Assembly (NCBI GenBank): GCA_964610385.1
Contig: CAZSXW010000002.1
Location: 256,808-320,807, forward strand
Source of the DNA: an uncultured Actinomycetota bacterium
GTDB lineage: Bacteria > Actinomycetota > Humimicrobiia > Humimicrobiales > Humimicrobiaceae
Length of the DNA: 64,000 bases
Direction: 5' to 3'
Under the pieces are notes generated by a model. It was given only the letters and a program-made list of their open reading frames with translations, was not told where the DNA came from and did no database searches. Numbering within the stretch: the stretch's first letter is position 1; every line of letters begins with the position of its first letter. Shown here piece after piece: positions 1 to 11,270 of this stretch. Position numbers and translations under genes: made by a program.

Positions 1-40
1 AAATGTCCTTAAAAGCCTCTTCTTATTGATCAATTTTTCA

Positions 41-769
41 TCATCCCCTGTCAGTCGATCGTATTTTAAATCTGTAGAAAGTCATCAAAATTATACCCAC
101 GGCCATTATTATAACCGATAGCACAGCCGAACTTAATATTATCCTTAGAAAAAAGTCATAAAAAAAACCGAAAGGGAAAATAGTGATTATAAGTGAACCG
201 GAAGGAAAGGAGTAATTGCCCTGGGGGAAAAACATCTTGTGAAAACCATCAAATAAAAACGGAAAATTATTACCCAGCAAATATAATATTAAAATAAAAA
301 ACAATACAATACCCGAAGAAATTATAAATACCATCCCAAGGTCCTTTAAAGAAGCAGAAGAATTTATTTTTATTATAAAAAAGGTTACTGCAATAAAAAG
401 TAAAATAGCGGCACAGTACAGGATAAATATATTTAGAAGAAGTGATCTTACGTCTTTAAGATGCATTATTTCATTATTACTGAAATTAACAGCTTCGCTC
501 TCTGATTCATCACTTAACCTTACAAAGGTATCATAACCCATCGGTTTCATTTCCTGGCGGTATTTAAAAAACTTAAAAATTTTTAAGGTTACTTTCAAAA
601 CATCATCTTTATTTAAAATCAAATATACCCCATTTTTTTGGTATAAATGATCATAATAATTTAAATTAAATATATAATAAACAAGTGGAGTAAATATGAT
701 GATTACTATTAGAAAAACGGAGTTTAAAAAAATTAATGTTTTTCTTATTCTACTTCTTTTAGAACTCAT
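41..769 (-). CDS. DUF1461/TIGR01906-family integral membrane protein (Lit-like lipoprotein intramolecular transacylase family)
   Basis: 242 aa with 4-5 predicted TM helices. The conserved-looking NEIMHLKDV and FHKMFFPQGNYSFPSG segments are recalled from this family. The family assignment is from memory, not a search. Confidence 0.4.
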   Translation of the reverse strand: MSSKRSRIRKTLIFLNSVFLIVIIIFTPLVYYIFNLNYYDHLYQKNGVYLILNKDDVLKVTLKIFKFFKYRQEMKPMGYDTFVRLSDESESEAVNFSNNEIMHLKDVRSLLLNIFILYCAAILLFIAVTFFIIKINSSASLKDLGMVFIISSGIVLFFILILYLLGNNFPFLFDGFHKMFFPQGNYSFPSGSLIITIFPFGFFYDFFLRIILSSAVLSVIIMAVGIILMTFYRFKIRSTDRG

Positions 770-814
770 ATAATATAATCCTGAAATTAAGAACTACTAT
801 TGATCTACCCTTTC

Positions 815-2437
815 TTAACCCGTTTTCTTGGAAGCCGAATATTTTATTGAAGCACTTATAAAATCCCTGAATAATGGATGCGCTCTATTGGGTCTTGATT
901 TAAATTCAGGATGAAATTGTACTGCAACGAACCAGGGGTGGTCTTTTATCTCAACAATTTCAGCAAGATCTTTTTCTGGGTTTACGCCGGTTACTATAAG
1001 ACCATTTTTTTTCAGTAAATCCCTGTAGTAGTTATTTAATTCATAACGGTGTCTGTGCCTTTCAAAAATTACTTTTTCGCCGTAAGCTTTAAAAGCTCTG
1101 GAATTATTCTTCAACACGCATTTATATTCTCCCAGTCTCATGGTCCCGCCCAGATTTTTTATATTTTTCTGCTCGCTCATCAGGCAGATCACAGGATTTT
1201 TTGTTTTTGGGTCAAACTCAGTACTATTTGCATCTTTAAGGCCCAGAACGTTCCTGCTGAACTCAACTACCGCACACTGCATACCCAAACATATCCCTAA
1301 AAATGGTATCTTATTTTCCCTGGCACATTTTATAGCATTTATTTTTCCTTTTATCCCTCTATAACCGAATCCATAGGGTACTAAAATACCATCCATGCTG
1401 AAAAGCAGATGATCTTCAGGGCAGTTTTGACCTATCGATTCGGAATTTATCCAGTTTATATTCACATTTTTCTTAAAATAATAACCGCCGTGGTTTAGTG
1501 ATTCCACTATACTTATATAGGCATCTTTTAAATTTGTATATTTACCCACTATACCTATTTCTACCTTACCTCTAAGATTGTTTATGGTATTTACTATAGT
1601 CTCCCATTTTTTAAAATCAGATTTTCTCTTCTTGAGTTTTAGCTTGGACAGTACTCTTAGATCAAGTTTTTCCTTCTTTAACATCATTGGGACTTTATAA
1701 ATATGATCGACATTGATCGCTTCTATAGTATCCTCTTTCTCAATATCGCAGAATAGACTTATCTTGCTCCTTATACTGTCAGTCAATCTGGTCTCACTTC
1801 TGCAGATTATTATATCAGGCTGAATACCTATACTTCTAAGCTCTTTAACACTGTGCTGGGTAGGTTTTGATTTCAATTCTTCCGTGGTCTTCAAATATGG
1901 TATATATGTCACATGCACATAAAGGACATTTTCCTTCCCTACATCTTTTTTAAATTGCCTTATAGCTTCTAAAAATGGGAGCCCTTCTATATCTCCTACA
2001 GTTCCGCCTATTTCAGTAATCACTATATCTGTTTTTCTCCTGGTCAATGTCTTTTTTATGCATGCCTTTATTTCATCAGTCACATGCGGTATCACCTGTA
2101 CAGTAGAACCAAGAAATTTACCTTTTCTCTCATGATCTATAACATTTTTATATACTTTTCCTGAAGTATAATTGTTATATTTACTCAGGTCTTCATCAAT
2201 AAACCTTTCATAATGACCCAGGTCCAGATCTGATTCTCCACCATCGTCAGTCACAAATACTTCACCATGCTGAAAAGGGTTCATGGTGCCGGGATCGACA
2301 TTTAAATAAGGATCAAACTTTTGTATGGTAACACTATAACCGCTTGACTTTAAAAGCCTTCCTAAAGAAGCTGCGCAGATTCCTTTCCCCAGTGAGGACA
2401 TTACCCCGCCTGTAACAAAAATAAATTTAGTTTTCAA
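815..2437 (-). CDS. pyrG: CTP synthase
   Basis: 540 aa. N-terminus [20 protein letters not shown] is typical of PyrG. C-terminal glutamine amidotransferase motif GICLGMQ is present. Confidence 0.95.
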   Translation of the reverse strand: MKTKFIFVTGGVMSSLGKGICAASLGRLLKSSGYSVTIQKFDPYLNVDPGTMNPFQHGEVFVTDDGGESDLDLGHYERFIDEDLSKYNNYTSGKVYKNVIDHERKGKFLGSTVQVIPHVTDEIKACIKKTLTRRKTDIVITEIGGTVGDIEGLPFLEAIRQFKKDVGKENVLYVHVTYIPYLKTTEELKSKPTQHSVKELRSIGIQPDIIICRSETRLTDSIRSKISLFCDIEKEDTIEAINVDHIYKVPMMLKKEKLDLRVLSKLKLKKRKSDFKKWETIVNTINNLRGKVEIGIVGKYTNLKDAYISIVESLNHGGYYFKKNVNINWINSESIGQNCPEDHLLFSMDGILVPYGFGYRGIKGKINAIKCARENKIPFLGICLGMQCAVVEFSRNVLGLKDANSTEFDPKTKNPVICLMSEQKNIKNLGGTMRLGEYKCVLKNNSRAFKAYGEKVIFERHRHRYELNNYYRDLLKKNGLIVTGVNPEKDLAEIVEIKDHPWFVAVQFHPEFKSRPNRAHPLFRDFISASIKYSASKKTG

Positions 2438-4196
2438 CTTTGATCTTCCCTTCTGTCAAATCATTTTTAATAGCATTACTTTTTTCTATAAGTTCTTCAG
2501 CATGCATAACTGAAATATCACTTTCTTTCATTCCGCTTATCATCCTTGATATTTCTTGTATTTTATCTTTTGGACTCAGCTTCTTTATCTTTATCTTTGT
2601 CCTGCCTTTATCCACAAACTTATCTATAAAGTAGTGAAAATCAGAAAAACTTGCTATCTGTGCAAGATGAGTTATGGCAATTACCTGGCAGCCTCTTGAT
2701 ATTTTATATAGTTTTTCACCTACCACCAGAGAAGTCTCTCCCCCAATGCCTATATCGATTTCATCAAAAATCATAGTTGTAATATTATCCACTGAGCCTA
2801 TTACTGACTTTAAAGCCAGCATTATTCTCGATATTTCGCCGCCTGAAGCAATTTTTCTAAGCGGTCTTATACCTTCTCCTATATTAAGGGATATTAAAAA
2901 TTCTATGTCATCAATCCCGTTTTTTGACGGCTTTACTTTTTTACCCTCGATTTCAATACCATCTCTGTCTTCTAATAATCTATGCAGTGGCTCAAATGAT
3001 ACGGATTTGAAACCAAGGTCTGTCATTTCACTCACAACCTCTTTTTTCAGATCTGCAATAGTGTCCTTCCTTAGATCGCTTAATATTAATGCCTTTTCTA
3101 TAAGATTTTTCAAGGCCGAACTATATTCGACCTGTTTCTTTTCAATATCACTATCCAGATTTTCAAAATTTTCTATCTCCTCCTTTAATTTTTCTGCGTG
3201 TTTATTGATCAAATCTAAATCCATATTATATTTCTTTTTTATCTCAGATAATTTAAAAAGTCTTTCCTGTATACTATCAAAATTTTCCTTGCTGAAGTCA
3301 AAATCTGCAATGTAGCTGTTCAGATAACGGCTTACCTCCTCAATAATACTTGCCATGTCTGATATCTTACCGCTGTAACTCTTAAACTTATTGTCGATTT
3401 CAGCAAGTTCTGTAATATTCTTTTCAAGAACAGCAACATTATCAGCCAGTGATGAAATATCCTCCCGGTCACTTTCCATTATTTTCTTACATTCTCCTGC
3501 TAGACTATAGATTTTTTCAAAATTCTTTAGAATCCTCATTTTATTTTCCAGAACTTCTTCTTCATTTTCCTTTATATTCAGTTTTTTTATTTCTTCATAT
3601 CTGTAATTAAGGTCCTTTAATTTCTCTTCCCTTATATTCTTTAGGTTTTTTAAACTCAAAAACTCCTCTTTTATTTCAATATAGTTCCCCAGACTTTCCG
3701 AATAGTCCCTTCTGGCATTTGAAATCATATCCTTACCAAATCTGTCTATTATATCTATATGTGTCCTTGGTTCCAATAGATATTGATGATCGTGCTGACC
3801 ATGGATATCCAGAAAAAAACTTCCTAACTTCTTTAAAGTAGAGACCTGTGTAAAAATCCCGTTTATAAATGCTTTATTTTTACCCTTTCTATTAACCTCC
3901 CTGGTTATCACGATATCATTACAGTTATCCTCTTCATCTATAAGATTTTCAGAAATTAAATAATCAACAGCAGCCTGGTTGTTATTAAAATCAAAGAATC
4001 CCTGGACCATTAATTTATCTTCACCATCTCTAATAAGATCGCTTGCTGCTCGTTCACCTATAAGCAGATTTATTGCTTCTATGATAAGAGTTTTACCGGC
4101 ACCTGTTTCGCCGGTGAGGATATTGAGGCCCTTCTGAAATCTTAACTTGGCGTCATCTATTATGGCAAAATTTTTAACCTGTAATTCTTTTAACAT
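2427..4196 (-). CDS. recN: DNA repair protein RecN
   Basis: 589 aa. N-terminal Walker [12 protein letters not shown]-like coiled-coil middle region. Position after nadK/tlyA matches the Firmicutes gene order. Confidence 0.9.
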   Translation of the reverse strand: MLKELQVKNFAIIDDAKLRFQKGLNILTGETGAGKTLIIEAINLLIGERAASDLIRDGEDKLMVQGFFDFNNNQAAVDYLISENLIDEEDNCNDIVITREVNRKGKNKAFINGIFTQVSTLKKLGSFFLDIHGQHDHQYLLEPRTHIDIIDRFGKDMISNARRDYSESLGNYIEIKEEFLSLKNLKNIREEKLKDLNYRYEEIKKLNIKENEEEVLENKMRILKNFEKIYSLAGECKKIMESDREDISSLADNVAVLEKNITELAEIDNKFKSYSGKISDMASIIEEVSRYLNSYIADFDFSKENFDSIQERLFKLSEIKKKYNMDLDLINKHAEKLKEEIENFENLDSDIEKKQVEYSSALKNLIEKALILSDLRKDTIADLKKEVVSEMTDLGFKSVSFEPLHRLLEDRDGIEIEGKKVKPSKNGIDDIEFLISLNIGEGIRPLRKIASGGEISRIMLALKSVIGSVDNITTMIFDEIDIGIGGETSLVVGEKLYKISRGCQVIAITHLAQIASFSDFHYFIDKFVDKGRTKIKIKKLSPKDKIQEISRMISGMKESDISVMHAEELIEKSNAIKNDLTEGKIKVEN

Positions 4197-4225
4197 ATCT
4201 TACTAGTGCTGTATTTTCTTGTTTT

Positions 4226-5095
4226 TTATATCCTCTCAATAAATTTTTCTTTAAATACCTTAAAAAACATATCATCGCTAAAAGATACCAATTTTAACTT
4301 TGTTTTCGATTTTTTTACCTTAAAAATATGGCCCGATTTGATATTAAATGATGCTATTTTTCCGTCAACACTGGCATAATCTTTATTATTCTTTGATTCT
4401 ATTTTTATTTCCAGAACGTTATCGGGTCCTAAAATTATGCTCCTGTTCAGCAAAGTATGCGGACATATCGGAGTCATGATAATTACCTGGCTGCGCGGTT
4501 CTACTATCGGACCACCTGCAGAAAGAGAATATGCAGTAGAACCCGTTGGAGTAGCTATGATTATTCCGTCTGCGGTAAAAGTTTTTATCGGTATTCCGTT
4601 TACGATAATCTCAAATTTAATTATTTTCCCCACCATAGATCTTGTTATGGTAAACTCGTTCAATACCAGAAAAGGGAGACCTATATCTCTTAATTCTTTT
4701 TTACCCTTGAAAACTCTTCCCTCCAGTAGCATTCTTTTTTCGATTTTATAATTATTTTCCAAAACCCTGTCAACAGCATCATACATACTGCAGGTATCTA
4801 CAACAGTCAAGAATCCAAGATTACCCACATTGATGCCCAATACAGGTACCTCTCGTTTAAAGGAGTATTTGGAAGCTCTGAGGAAAGTCCCGTCACCCCC
4901 TACCGATAATATTACATCACTTTTTGCACTGAACTCTTCTTCGGTGACCGATGGAAGAGAATAAAACTCGGGCATCTTATCGTTTTCTATTATAAGTACA
5001 TTGATATCCTTTTTTATCAAATATTCATAGATTTTATTTGCAGTCTCTATAGCTTCCTGTTTATCATTATTGGATACTATACCGATATTTTTCAT
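4226..5095 (-). CDS. nadK: NAD+ kinase
   Basis: 289 aa with the GGDGTFL motif and overall PpnK-like sequence. Confidence 0.9.
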   Translation of the reverse strand: MKNIGIVSNNDKQEAIETANKIYEYLIKKDINVLIIENDKMPEFYSLPSVTEEEFSAKSDVILSVGGDGTFLRASKYSFKREVPVLGINVGNLGFLTVVDTCSMYDAVDRVLENNYKIEKRMLLEGRVFKGKKELRDIGLPFLVLNEFTITRSMVGKIIKFEIIVNGIPIKTFTADGIIIATPTGSTAYSLSAGGPIVEPRSQVIIMTPICPHTLLNRSIILGPDNVLEIKIESKNNKDYASVDGKIASFNIKSGHIFKVKKSKTKLKLVSFSDDMFFKVFKEKFIERI

Positions 5096-5098
5096 TTC

Positions 5099-5974
5099 TT
5101 ATACCTGTTTCTGATTAAAATAAATATGAGCCTTTTCAACAACTCCCCTGATTATTTTATCATAATTTATAATATATTTAGCTCCTTTAAAACATTTTAT
5201 CAAAAAAATCCAAAACTCAATATTGCCCTTGGCGCCTTTTATTTTGGAAAAGGTAAAATCTTTTATTTCTACCGGATATTCTATAATAAAGTCCTTTATT
5301 TCCTTTAGAACTTTATAATGCAGTTCTCTGTCTCTTATTATACCTTTGTTTTCCACCTCATCTTTTTTCAGTTCAAATTGAGGCTTTACCAGTAATAGTA
5401 TTTCTCCATTTTTTGAAGTGATATCAAGAACTTTTTCAAATATTTTTTTTATGGAAATAAATGAAACATCTACAACTGCAAAATCTGAAATAAAGGGGAG
5501 TTTTTTTACTTCAAGATTACGGATATTGGTTCTCTCCAGAATTGTTACCCGGGGAGAATTCCTCAGTTTCCAGGATAATTCCCCATATCCTACATCAATA
5601 TCTATTATTTTAGCCGCTCCGTTCTGCAGAAGAAAATCAGTAAATCCTCCAGTCGACGAACCGATATCTACGGCTTTTTTACCACTAATACTAAGCCCCA
5701 GGTCTTCAAATGCTCCTTTAAGTTTTAAACCTCCTCTGGAAACATAAGGTTCTTGCGGTATCACCTTTATTTTCGAACCTGGGTCTACCATAGTACCCGG
5801 CTTTTCAATTATTCTACCGGCTACTCTTACCCTACCTTCCATTAATATTGCTCTGGCTTCTTTTTCCGTGTCAGCCAGCCCTTTTTCCAAAAGAATCTCA
5901 GCTATTTTATTCTTTTTTTTAATATTTTCTATACCTTTCTCAGCATAATGAACTCTGCCATATTGATAAGCCAA
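5099..5974 (-). CDS. tlyA: TlyA-family 2'-O-ribose rRNA methyltransferase (S4 domain plus FtsJ-like methyltransferase)
   Basis: S4-like N-terminus (KIAEILLEKGLADTEKEARAILMEGRVRV) aligns with B. subtilis YqxC. YVSRGGLKL and GGFTD motifs present. The annotated TTG start overlaps ispA by 45 nt; the true start is probably a downstream non-ATG codon near 5920. Confidence 0.8.
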   Translation of the reverse strand: MAYQYGRVHYAEKGIENIKKKNKIAEILLEKGLADTEKEARAILMEGRVRVAGRIIEKPGTMVDPGSKIKVIPQEPYVSRGGLKLKGAFEDLGLSISGKKAVDIGSSTGGFTDFLLQNGAAKIIDIDVGYGELSWKLRNSPRVTILERTNIRNLEVKKLPFISDFAVVDVSFISIKKIFEKVLDITSKNGEILLLVKPQFELKKDEVENKGIIRDRELHYKVLKEIKDFIIEYPVEIKDFTFSKIKGAKGNIEFWIFLIKCFKGAKYIINYDKIIRGVVEKAHIYFNQKQV

Positions 5975-6834
5975 TTGTTATCAATATCCATATTCTTTAC
6001 TATTTCAATGGATCTACCAATTTTTTCTTCAGCAATCTTTTTTGCTTTTGAAATACCCCACATATCAGGATAGGTATTCTTCTTCTGGGCAGCATCTTTG
6101 CCGGTAGTCTTACCAGCTGTGTTTTTATCTGAAGTAACATCCAAAATATCATCTGTGATTTGATATGCCAGGCCCAGATTCTCGGAATAATAAGTCAATT
6201 TTTTAAGGACGCTGCGACACGCTCCGCATATGATAGCGGCACTTCTTACAGAAGCTGTTATTAATTTTCCAGTTTTGTACTTATGCATAAACTCCACCTG
6301 ATCTTTACTCATTTTTTTACCGGTATAATACATGTCAATCACCTGACCTGCAGCCATCCCATTAACACCTGTAGCGTCGATTATCTCCTTAAGGACATTG
6401 ACCTTAATTTTATCATCTGCCGACTGGTATTTTACTATTATATTAAATGCTTCGGAAAACAAAGCATCACCTGTAAGTATGGCAATATCCTCTCCAAATT
6501 TTTTATGACAGGCAGGTTTACCCCTTCTCAAATCATCATTATCCATTGCAGGCAGGTCATCGTGTATTAATGAATAAGTGTGTATGAATTCTATGGCACA
6601 GGCAGTGGGCATCACTTTTTCATAATCGTGACCCAGACTTTTAGCCGTTATCAGACATAGTATGGGCCTGAACCTTTTACCGCCGCTCCCTATACTATAC
6701 TTTATGGATTCGTCTAGTACAGCAGGGATCCCACGATATTTTTTTATATAATATTCCAGACTATTGTTTACTTTTCTTATTAAAAACTCAGGATACAGCT
6801 TTTTTCTTTCTTCGTTTTGATTTTCTAAAACCAT
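5929..6834 (-). CDS. ispA: polyprenyl diphosphate synthase (farnesyl/geranylgeranyl diphosphate synthase family)
   Basis: 301 aa. First aspartate-rich motif LIHDDLPAMDNDDLRRG and second motif DDILD. Position nusB...ispA-tlyA matches the Firmicutes order. Confidence 0.8.
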   Translation of the reverse strand: MVLENQNEERKKLYPEFLIRKVNNSLEYYIKKYRGIPAVLDESIKYSIGSGGKRFRPILCLITAKSLGHDYEKVMPTACAIEFIHTYSLIHDDLPAMDNDDLRRGKPACHKKFGEDIAILTGDALFSEAFNIIVKYQSADDKIKVNVLKEIIDATGVNGMAAGQVIDMYYTGKKMSKDQVEFMHKYKTGKLITASVRSAAIICGACRSVLKKLTYYSENLGLAYQITDDILDVTSDKNTAGKTTGKDAAQKKNTYPDMWGISKAKKIAEEKIGRSIEIVKNMDIDNNWLINMAEFIMLRKV

Positions 6835-6855
6835 AGATTCTTAAAAATACCAAGA

Positions 6856-7272
6856 TTAACTGATCTGGCTGTTTATGTCACTTAAAATTTTACCAAGGAT
6901 TCCATTTACGAACTTGGGAGTGTCTTCTTTTTGGCCGAGGATTTTTGATATCTCAATAGCTTCATCCACTGATACCTTTAGCGGTATTTCGTCCTCGTAT
7001 AACATCTCATAAATTGCCACTCTTAAAATATTTCTGTCAATAATGGCTATTCTTTCCAGGGTCCAGTTTTCTACCACATTCTTTATTATCCGGTCTATCT
7101 TCCTGCGGTGCTTATTCACACCATTGATAAGCTTTATAGTGAACTTGTCGTACTCTCTTCCTGCCAGCAGATCATTGTTTAAAATATCGCCTATTTTTTT
7201 ATCAAGCAGATCCCTCTGATACAATAATATTATTGCATTCTCTCTGCTTTTTCTTCTTGTTATTTTAGGCAT
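6856..7272 (-). CDS. nusB: transcription antitermination factor NusB
   Basis: 138 aa. N-terminal RRKSRENAIILLYQ is typical of NusB. Confidence 0.85.
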   Translation of the reverse strand: MPKITRRKSRENAIILLYQRDLLDKKIGDILNNDLLAGREYDKFTIKLINGVNKHRRKIDRIIKNVVENWTLERIAIIDRNILRVAIYEMLYEDEIPLKVSVDEAIEISKILGQKEDTPKFVNGILGKILSDINSQIS

Positions 7273-7296
7273 CTTATAGAATATAGTCTGATTTGA

Positions 7297-7857
7297 TCAG
7301 GTACTTGTCCTGGTTATATAATCGCCGGTTCTGGTATCGATTTTTATTATATCTCCGGTATTTATAAACAGTGGTACCTGTGTTTTCGCTCCTGTCTCTA
7401 TCTCAGCAGGCTTAAAACTGGAACTCACAGTATCACCTTTTATACCCGGTTCAGTCTTAGTAACCCTTGCTTCTATAAAAATAGGTAGTTCAATGGAAAT
7501 CGGTTTTCCCTTATAAAATATAACAGATAATTCCATATTTTCCAGCAAATAATCCCTGCTGCCTCCTATTATATCACCGCTCAACTGGATTTGTTCAAAT
7601 GTTTTTACATCCATCAGATTATAATACTGGTCACGGTAAAGATACTGCATTTTCCTGGTCTCCAGTAAAGCCTGCTCCATTTTTTCACCAGCTCTGAAAG
7701 TTTTTTCTATAATGGCTCCGGAATTTAAATCCTTCAATTTTGTCCTGACAAATGCACCTCCTTTTCCGGGCTTTACATGCTGAAAATAAAGTATTTTGTA
7801 AAGATGATAGTCGTATATTATAGTCAAACCGTTTTTGAAATCACTGGTGCTTATCAT
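7297..7857 (-). CDS. efp: elongation factor P
   Basis: 186 aa. The HVKPGKGGAFVRTKLK loop carries the conserved modified-lysine region. Confidence 0.9.
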   Translation of the reverse strand: MISTSDFKNGLTIIYDYHLYKILYFQHVKPGKGGAFVRTKLKDLNSGAIIEKTFRAGEKMEQALLETRKMQYLYRDQYYNLMDVKTFEQIQLSGDIIGGSRDYLLENMELSVIFYKGKPISIELPIFIEARVTKTEPGIKGDTVSSSFKPAEIETGAKTQVPLFINTGDIIKIDTRTGDYITRTST

Positions 7858-7890
7858 TCTATTTTTCCTTTAGTAAAAATATAAAAAATA

Positions 7891-9003
7891 TCAATCTAAT
7901 ATAATAAATTCTTTTGTAGAATCAAATAATAACTCGCATTTGTCTTTGCCAACCAATACCATATCCTCTATCCTTACTCCTCCCAAATCCTCTATATATA
8001 TCCCCGGCTCAATAGTGATCACCATATTTTCCTTTAAAACCATCTTACTTTCTGCATTGATTTTCGGTTCCTCATGTATTTCCAGGCCTACTCCGTGCCC
8101 CAGACCATGTCCAAAATTCTCCCCATAGCCCTTCGAATATATAAATTTTCGTACCTTTCTATCAAGTTCTCTACAGGGCATTTCTTCTCTGCAATCTTTT
8201 AATGCCATATTCTGAGCCTCTAAGACTATATTATATATTTCTTTGAATTTATCAATTTTTTTATGATTATCCGTAAATATTGTTCTTGTCATATCCGAAC
8301 AGTAGTTACCAAGTCTGCATCCAAAATCCATCAGTATCAAACCGTCTTTTGATTTGCTGTTCTGCGGATAATAATGAGGCATTGAAGAATTTTTCCCATA
8401 TGCGACAATGATGTCAAATGACTTACCATTCGAACCATTGCTTACCAGTAGCTCCTCTATTTTAAGTGCAAGCTCCATTTCAGATAATTCATTGATTGCA
8501 GATTTGCCTTCGCTTACTAAACTATTAAAGGTTTTATCTGTAATCCTGCACGCATTTTTAATCACAGATATCTCTCCCGTATCCTTAATCGCCCTTAATC
8601 CCTCAATCATTCCCTCAACATTTATTAAACTTTTTTCCTGCCCTGATAATACCTTTTTAAGTTTGTAAAAATTGGAAAAACTTATACCTCCTCCTTCAAA
8701 TCCCACAAATTTTGAATCATAATTTTTCAGAATATCTCCAAGTTCTTCATATTTATCCTTATGACAGCAGATAATATTTATACCTTTATTTTTAACGGAT
8801 TTTCTCGAATATTCCAGGTAGATAGAATTAACTAAAAGGTACAAATGATTATCTGTAACCAGCAGCAGGCTTCCTGCATCTTTCCCATAAAAGCCTGTAA
8901 GATAAAAGATATTATGGTCTCTGGTTGCTAAAAAATTATGAATTTCTCTTATATTTAAAAGATTCTTTAATTTTTCAATTCTGAAGGTAAATGGCTTAAC
9001 CAA
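7891..9003 (-). CDS. pepP: Xaa-Pro aminopeptidase / M24 family peptidase
   Basis: 370 aa. Metal-binding motifs HGLGHGVGLEIHE and the DMTRT region. Lies between aroQ and efp as in B. subtilis (yqhS-yqhT-efp). Confidence 0.8.
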   Translation of the reverse strand: MVKPFTFRIEKLKNLLNIREIHNFLATRDHNIFYLTGFYGKDAGSLLLVTDNHLYLLVNSIYLEYSRKSVKNKGINIICCHKDKYEELGDILKNYDSKFVGFEGGGISFSNFYKLKKVLSGQEKSLINVEGMIEGLRAIKDTGEISVIKNACRITDKTFNSLVSEGKSAINELSEMELALKIEELLVSNGSNGKSFDIIVAYGKNSSMPHYYPQNSKSKDGLILMDFGCRLGNYCSDMTRTIFTDNHKKIDKFKEIYNIVLEAQNMALKDCREEMPCRELDRKVRKFIYSKGYGENFGHGLGHGVGLEIHEEPKINAESKMVLKENMVITIEPGIYIEDLGGVRIEDMVLVGKDKCELLFDSTKEFIILD

Positions 9004-9049
9004 TTTTATATGAATTCATTCTATAGCTTTAAATTATTTAAAAATTTTA

Positions 9050-10642
9050 TCAATCAGATACCTCCTGCCATTCAGGACTGAATGTAAATCCGCCATATAC
9101 TTCTCTTGGAAGATCGTCCGGAATATTTTCACTTAAGTCATTCTCATACTCTATACTTGCAAGACTTCCCAAAAGCCTGCCCCAGAATCCTTCCTCTTCA
9201 GCGTCAATCTGCCCGCATATTATTGAGCCCAGAACCGTGTTTTGGCTGCTCAAAAGAGCTTTCCCCCCAGCCATACCCAGAATATATACATCATTATCGT
9301 TATAACCTTCATTATCTTCGACTGATATATATAAATCACCTAAAGCCATTAATATAAGTAAATTATTTTCGGGAAATTGACTTGTACTCGTAGGTACCAG
9401 CCCGCAGGAAGCATGTATATCCCCGCTGGATATCAACTTACCTTTATTTGAATAATAAATATCATTATCCGGAGGATCAATACCGTAATCTTCTATATAA
9501 TCACCGATTATAATATCGTCGTCAACAAAAACATTTCCTTTGACTTCCAGGTAATAACTACCTCCGCTTTCACTAAACCTGATTGAATTACTCCCGCTTT
9601 CCTTGAAATATTCTCCACTTGCAATAAGAGCAGGGTCTATATTAAATCCGTCACCAGCCGTCCCGTCTTCACTTTCATCTACTTCCAGATAACTATATGG
9701 AGGCTCCTTTATTTGTTCTATAAAATCATTAATATATACCTCTACATCGAAGTTGGGCGGATCAAAGATTTCTTCCCCCAGGGGCTCGCTGTAATATATA
9801 TCTGCATCTTCGGGCACGATTTCTCCATGAAGTGCAAGATTAAAAGGATTTTTAGCCATGTCTCTCGCTATCCACGGGTCCCCCCAGAAGTTGTCTCCTA
9901 TCCTGATATCACCCATAACTACCATATAGTCATCATAGTCATGTAGTATATAGGGTATGCCGAGAAGACCGCTGCTCATCTCTATATCACCGCCGACATT
10001 TAACGGGCCGGTTCTAATCCTTGACGGTCCTTCCATATCGACATCACCACCTACCAGAATTCTTCCACCAGTAGTAAAATCTCCTGCTTGAAGAAGTATT
10101 CTTAAAATAAGGTCATTCCCTACAAATAAAGGACCCCTGATAAAAGTCACACCTATCAGACCCTCAAAAGTCAGGCTTCCTTTCGAATAGATATAGTCAA
10201 AAATATCAACCTCGGTCGATACGAAAAGCGCAAGGTTTACAGTCACTTTTCTGCTGTAACCGCTTTCTAAATCAGTCCCCTCGGATGCTATTATATAATT
10301 GGTTACTTCTCCATCATCATTGGTTATTTCATCAATTTCAACATCAAAACTGCCCTGGATTATACCATCCGAATTTTCAACATCCTTATTGTAACTTGAA
10401 GGAAGAGAACCTATTTCCTCATTATAGAACTTCTCTATATTTGAATACGTATACGCCACTCCTGCCTCTGCAATATTTAATGCTTTAAACTTACCCTCAT
10501 CAAATTTAGTAAATATTACATCTCTGAACATATACCCTGTTAAGGTGACCATGGATATTATTATGACCATGCTCATTATAAGAACCAGAATAGTTATATT
10601 ACCGTTTATACTTTTAATTTTTTTAGTATTAAATCTCTCCAT
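9050..10642 (-). CDS. PilX-like type IV pilus minor component (PilX N-terminal domain) with large Gly/Asp-rich C-terminal region
   Basis: 530 aa. N-terminal hydrophobic helix followed by ...FKALNIAEAGV..., characteristic of the PilX_N family. Co-operonic with two prepilin-type pseudopilins. No canonical GFTLxE cleavage site. Confidence 0.5.
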   Translation of the reverse strand: MERFNTKKIKSINGNITILVLIMSMVIIISMVTLTGYMFRDVIFTKFDEGKFKALNIAEAGVAYTYSNIEKFYNEEIGSLPSSYNKDVENSDGIIQGSFDVEIDEITNDDGEVTNYIIASEGTDLESGYSRKVTVNLALFVSTEVDIFDYIYSKGSLTFEGLIGVTFIRGPLFVGNDLILRILLQAGDFTTGGRILVGGDVDMEGPSRIRTGPLNVGGDIEMSSGLLGIPYILHDYDDYMVVMGDIRIGDNFWGDPWIARDMAKNPFNLALHGEIVPEDADIYYSEPLGEEIFDPPNFDVEVYINDFIEQIKEPPYSYLEVDESEDGTAGDGFNIDPALIASGEYFKESGSNSIRFSESGGSYYLEVKGNVFVDDDIIIGDYIEDYGIDPPDNDIYYSNKGKLISSGDIHASCGLVPTSTSQFPENNLLILMALGDLYISVEDNEGYNDNDVYILGMAGGKALLSSQNTVLGSIICGQIDAEEEGFWGRLLGSLASIEYENDLSENIPDDLPREVYGGFTFSPEWQEVSD

Positions 10643-10644
10643 TT

Positions 10645-11223
10645 TTAAATTCTATTCCTTAAAGCAATTGAAGTTTCCAGATTCATTGTCCTGCTTCCTT
10701 CCGTAGTACTTTCCTGGTCAATGATCAAATTAACAATTATATTCTTTATACTCCCCAGCTCATACTCTTCCAGCGGTGTTTCAATACTTTCTTCGCCATA
10801 ATATGACTTATATGAAAATACCTCATCACTTATCAGGTGCCCTGCTATGATTTTCTCTTCATCATCACCTACTGCCCTTACCAGATCAAAGTAACCTTCT
10901 TCATCTTCATCTTCTTCCAGATAATACTCTATCTTTTCGAAATCTTCGTCCGAATCAATATTACTATAAAATGTAACTTTGTCCTTATCGGCTTCTTCTA
11001 TATCCGATATTTCTCTTATATCTTTGGTTATTCTATACATAGCTGTTCTGGCATCCCTTACCGAAGTCGCGATATTAATAGTAGTCTCAGAGGAATTTAT
11101 CGAGTTAAAATATGATAAAGAGGTCAAACTTACAATAATCAATATCAGCAAAGAAGACAGCAGCAGTTCAACTAAAGTTATCCCTTTATCGTTTTTTAAT
11201 CTTTTAATTATTTTTAACTTCAT
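10645..11223 (-). CDS. prepilin-type N-terminal cleavage/methylation domain pseudopilin (PilW/GspJ-like)
   Basis: 192 aa. KG|ITLVELLLS class III signal motif followed by a hydrophobic helix. Acidic C-terminal region. Confidence 0.6.
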   Translation of the reverse strand: MKLKIIKRLKNDKGITLVELLLSSLLILIIVSLTSLSYFNSINSSETTINIATSVRDARTAMYRITKDIREISDIEEADKDKVTFYSNIDSDEDFEKIEYYLEEDEDEEGYFDLVRAVGDDEEKIIAGHLISDEVFSYKSYYGEESIETPLEEYELGSIKNIIVNLIIDQESTTEGSRTMNLETSIALRNRI

Positions 11224-11270
11224 TATTTTTTAAAACTTTCACCCTAACATTATAAATTCTTTCTCATACA

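Noticed and set aside
2674-3315. 213-aa plus-strand ORF, and many similar plus-strand ORFs of 60-290 aa (e.g. 51510-52376, 44300-44776, 14912-15256, 21044-21430)
   Set aside because: All lie antisense to, or in alternate frames of, well-supported minus-strand genes. They have S/F/I/L-rich low-complexity composition typical of antisense translation of AT-rich coding DNA. They show no start-site signals and no family resemblance.
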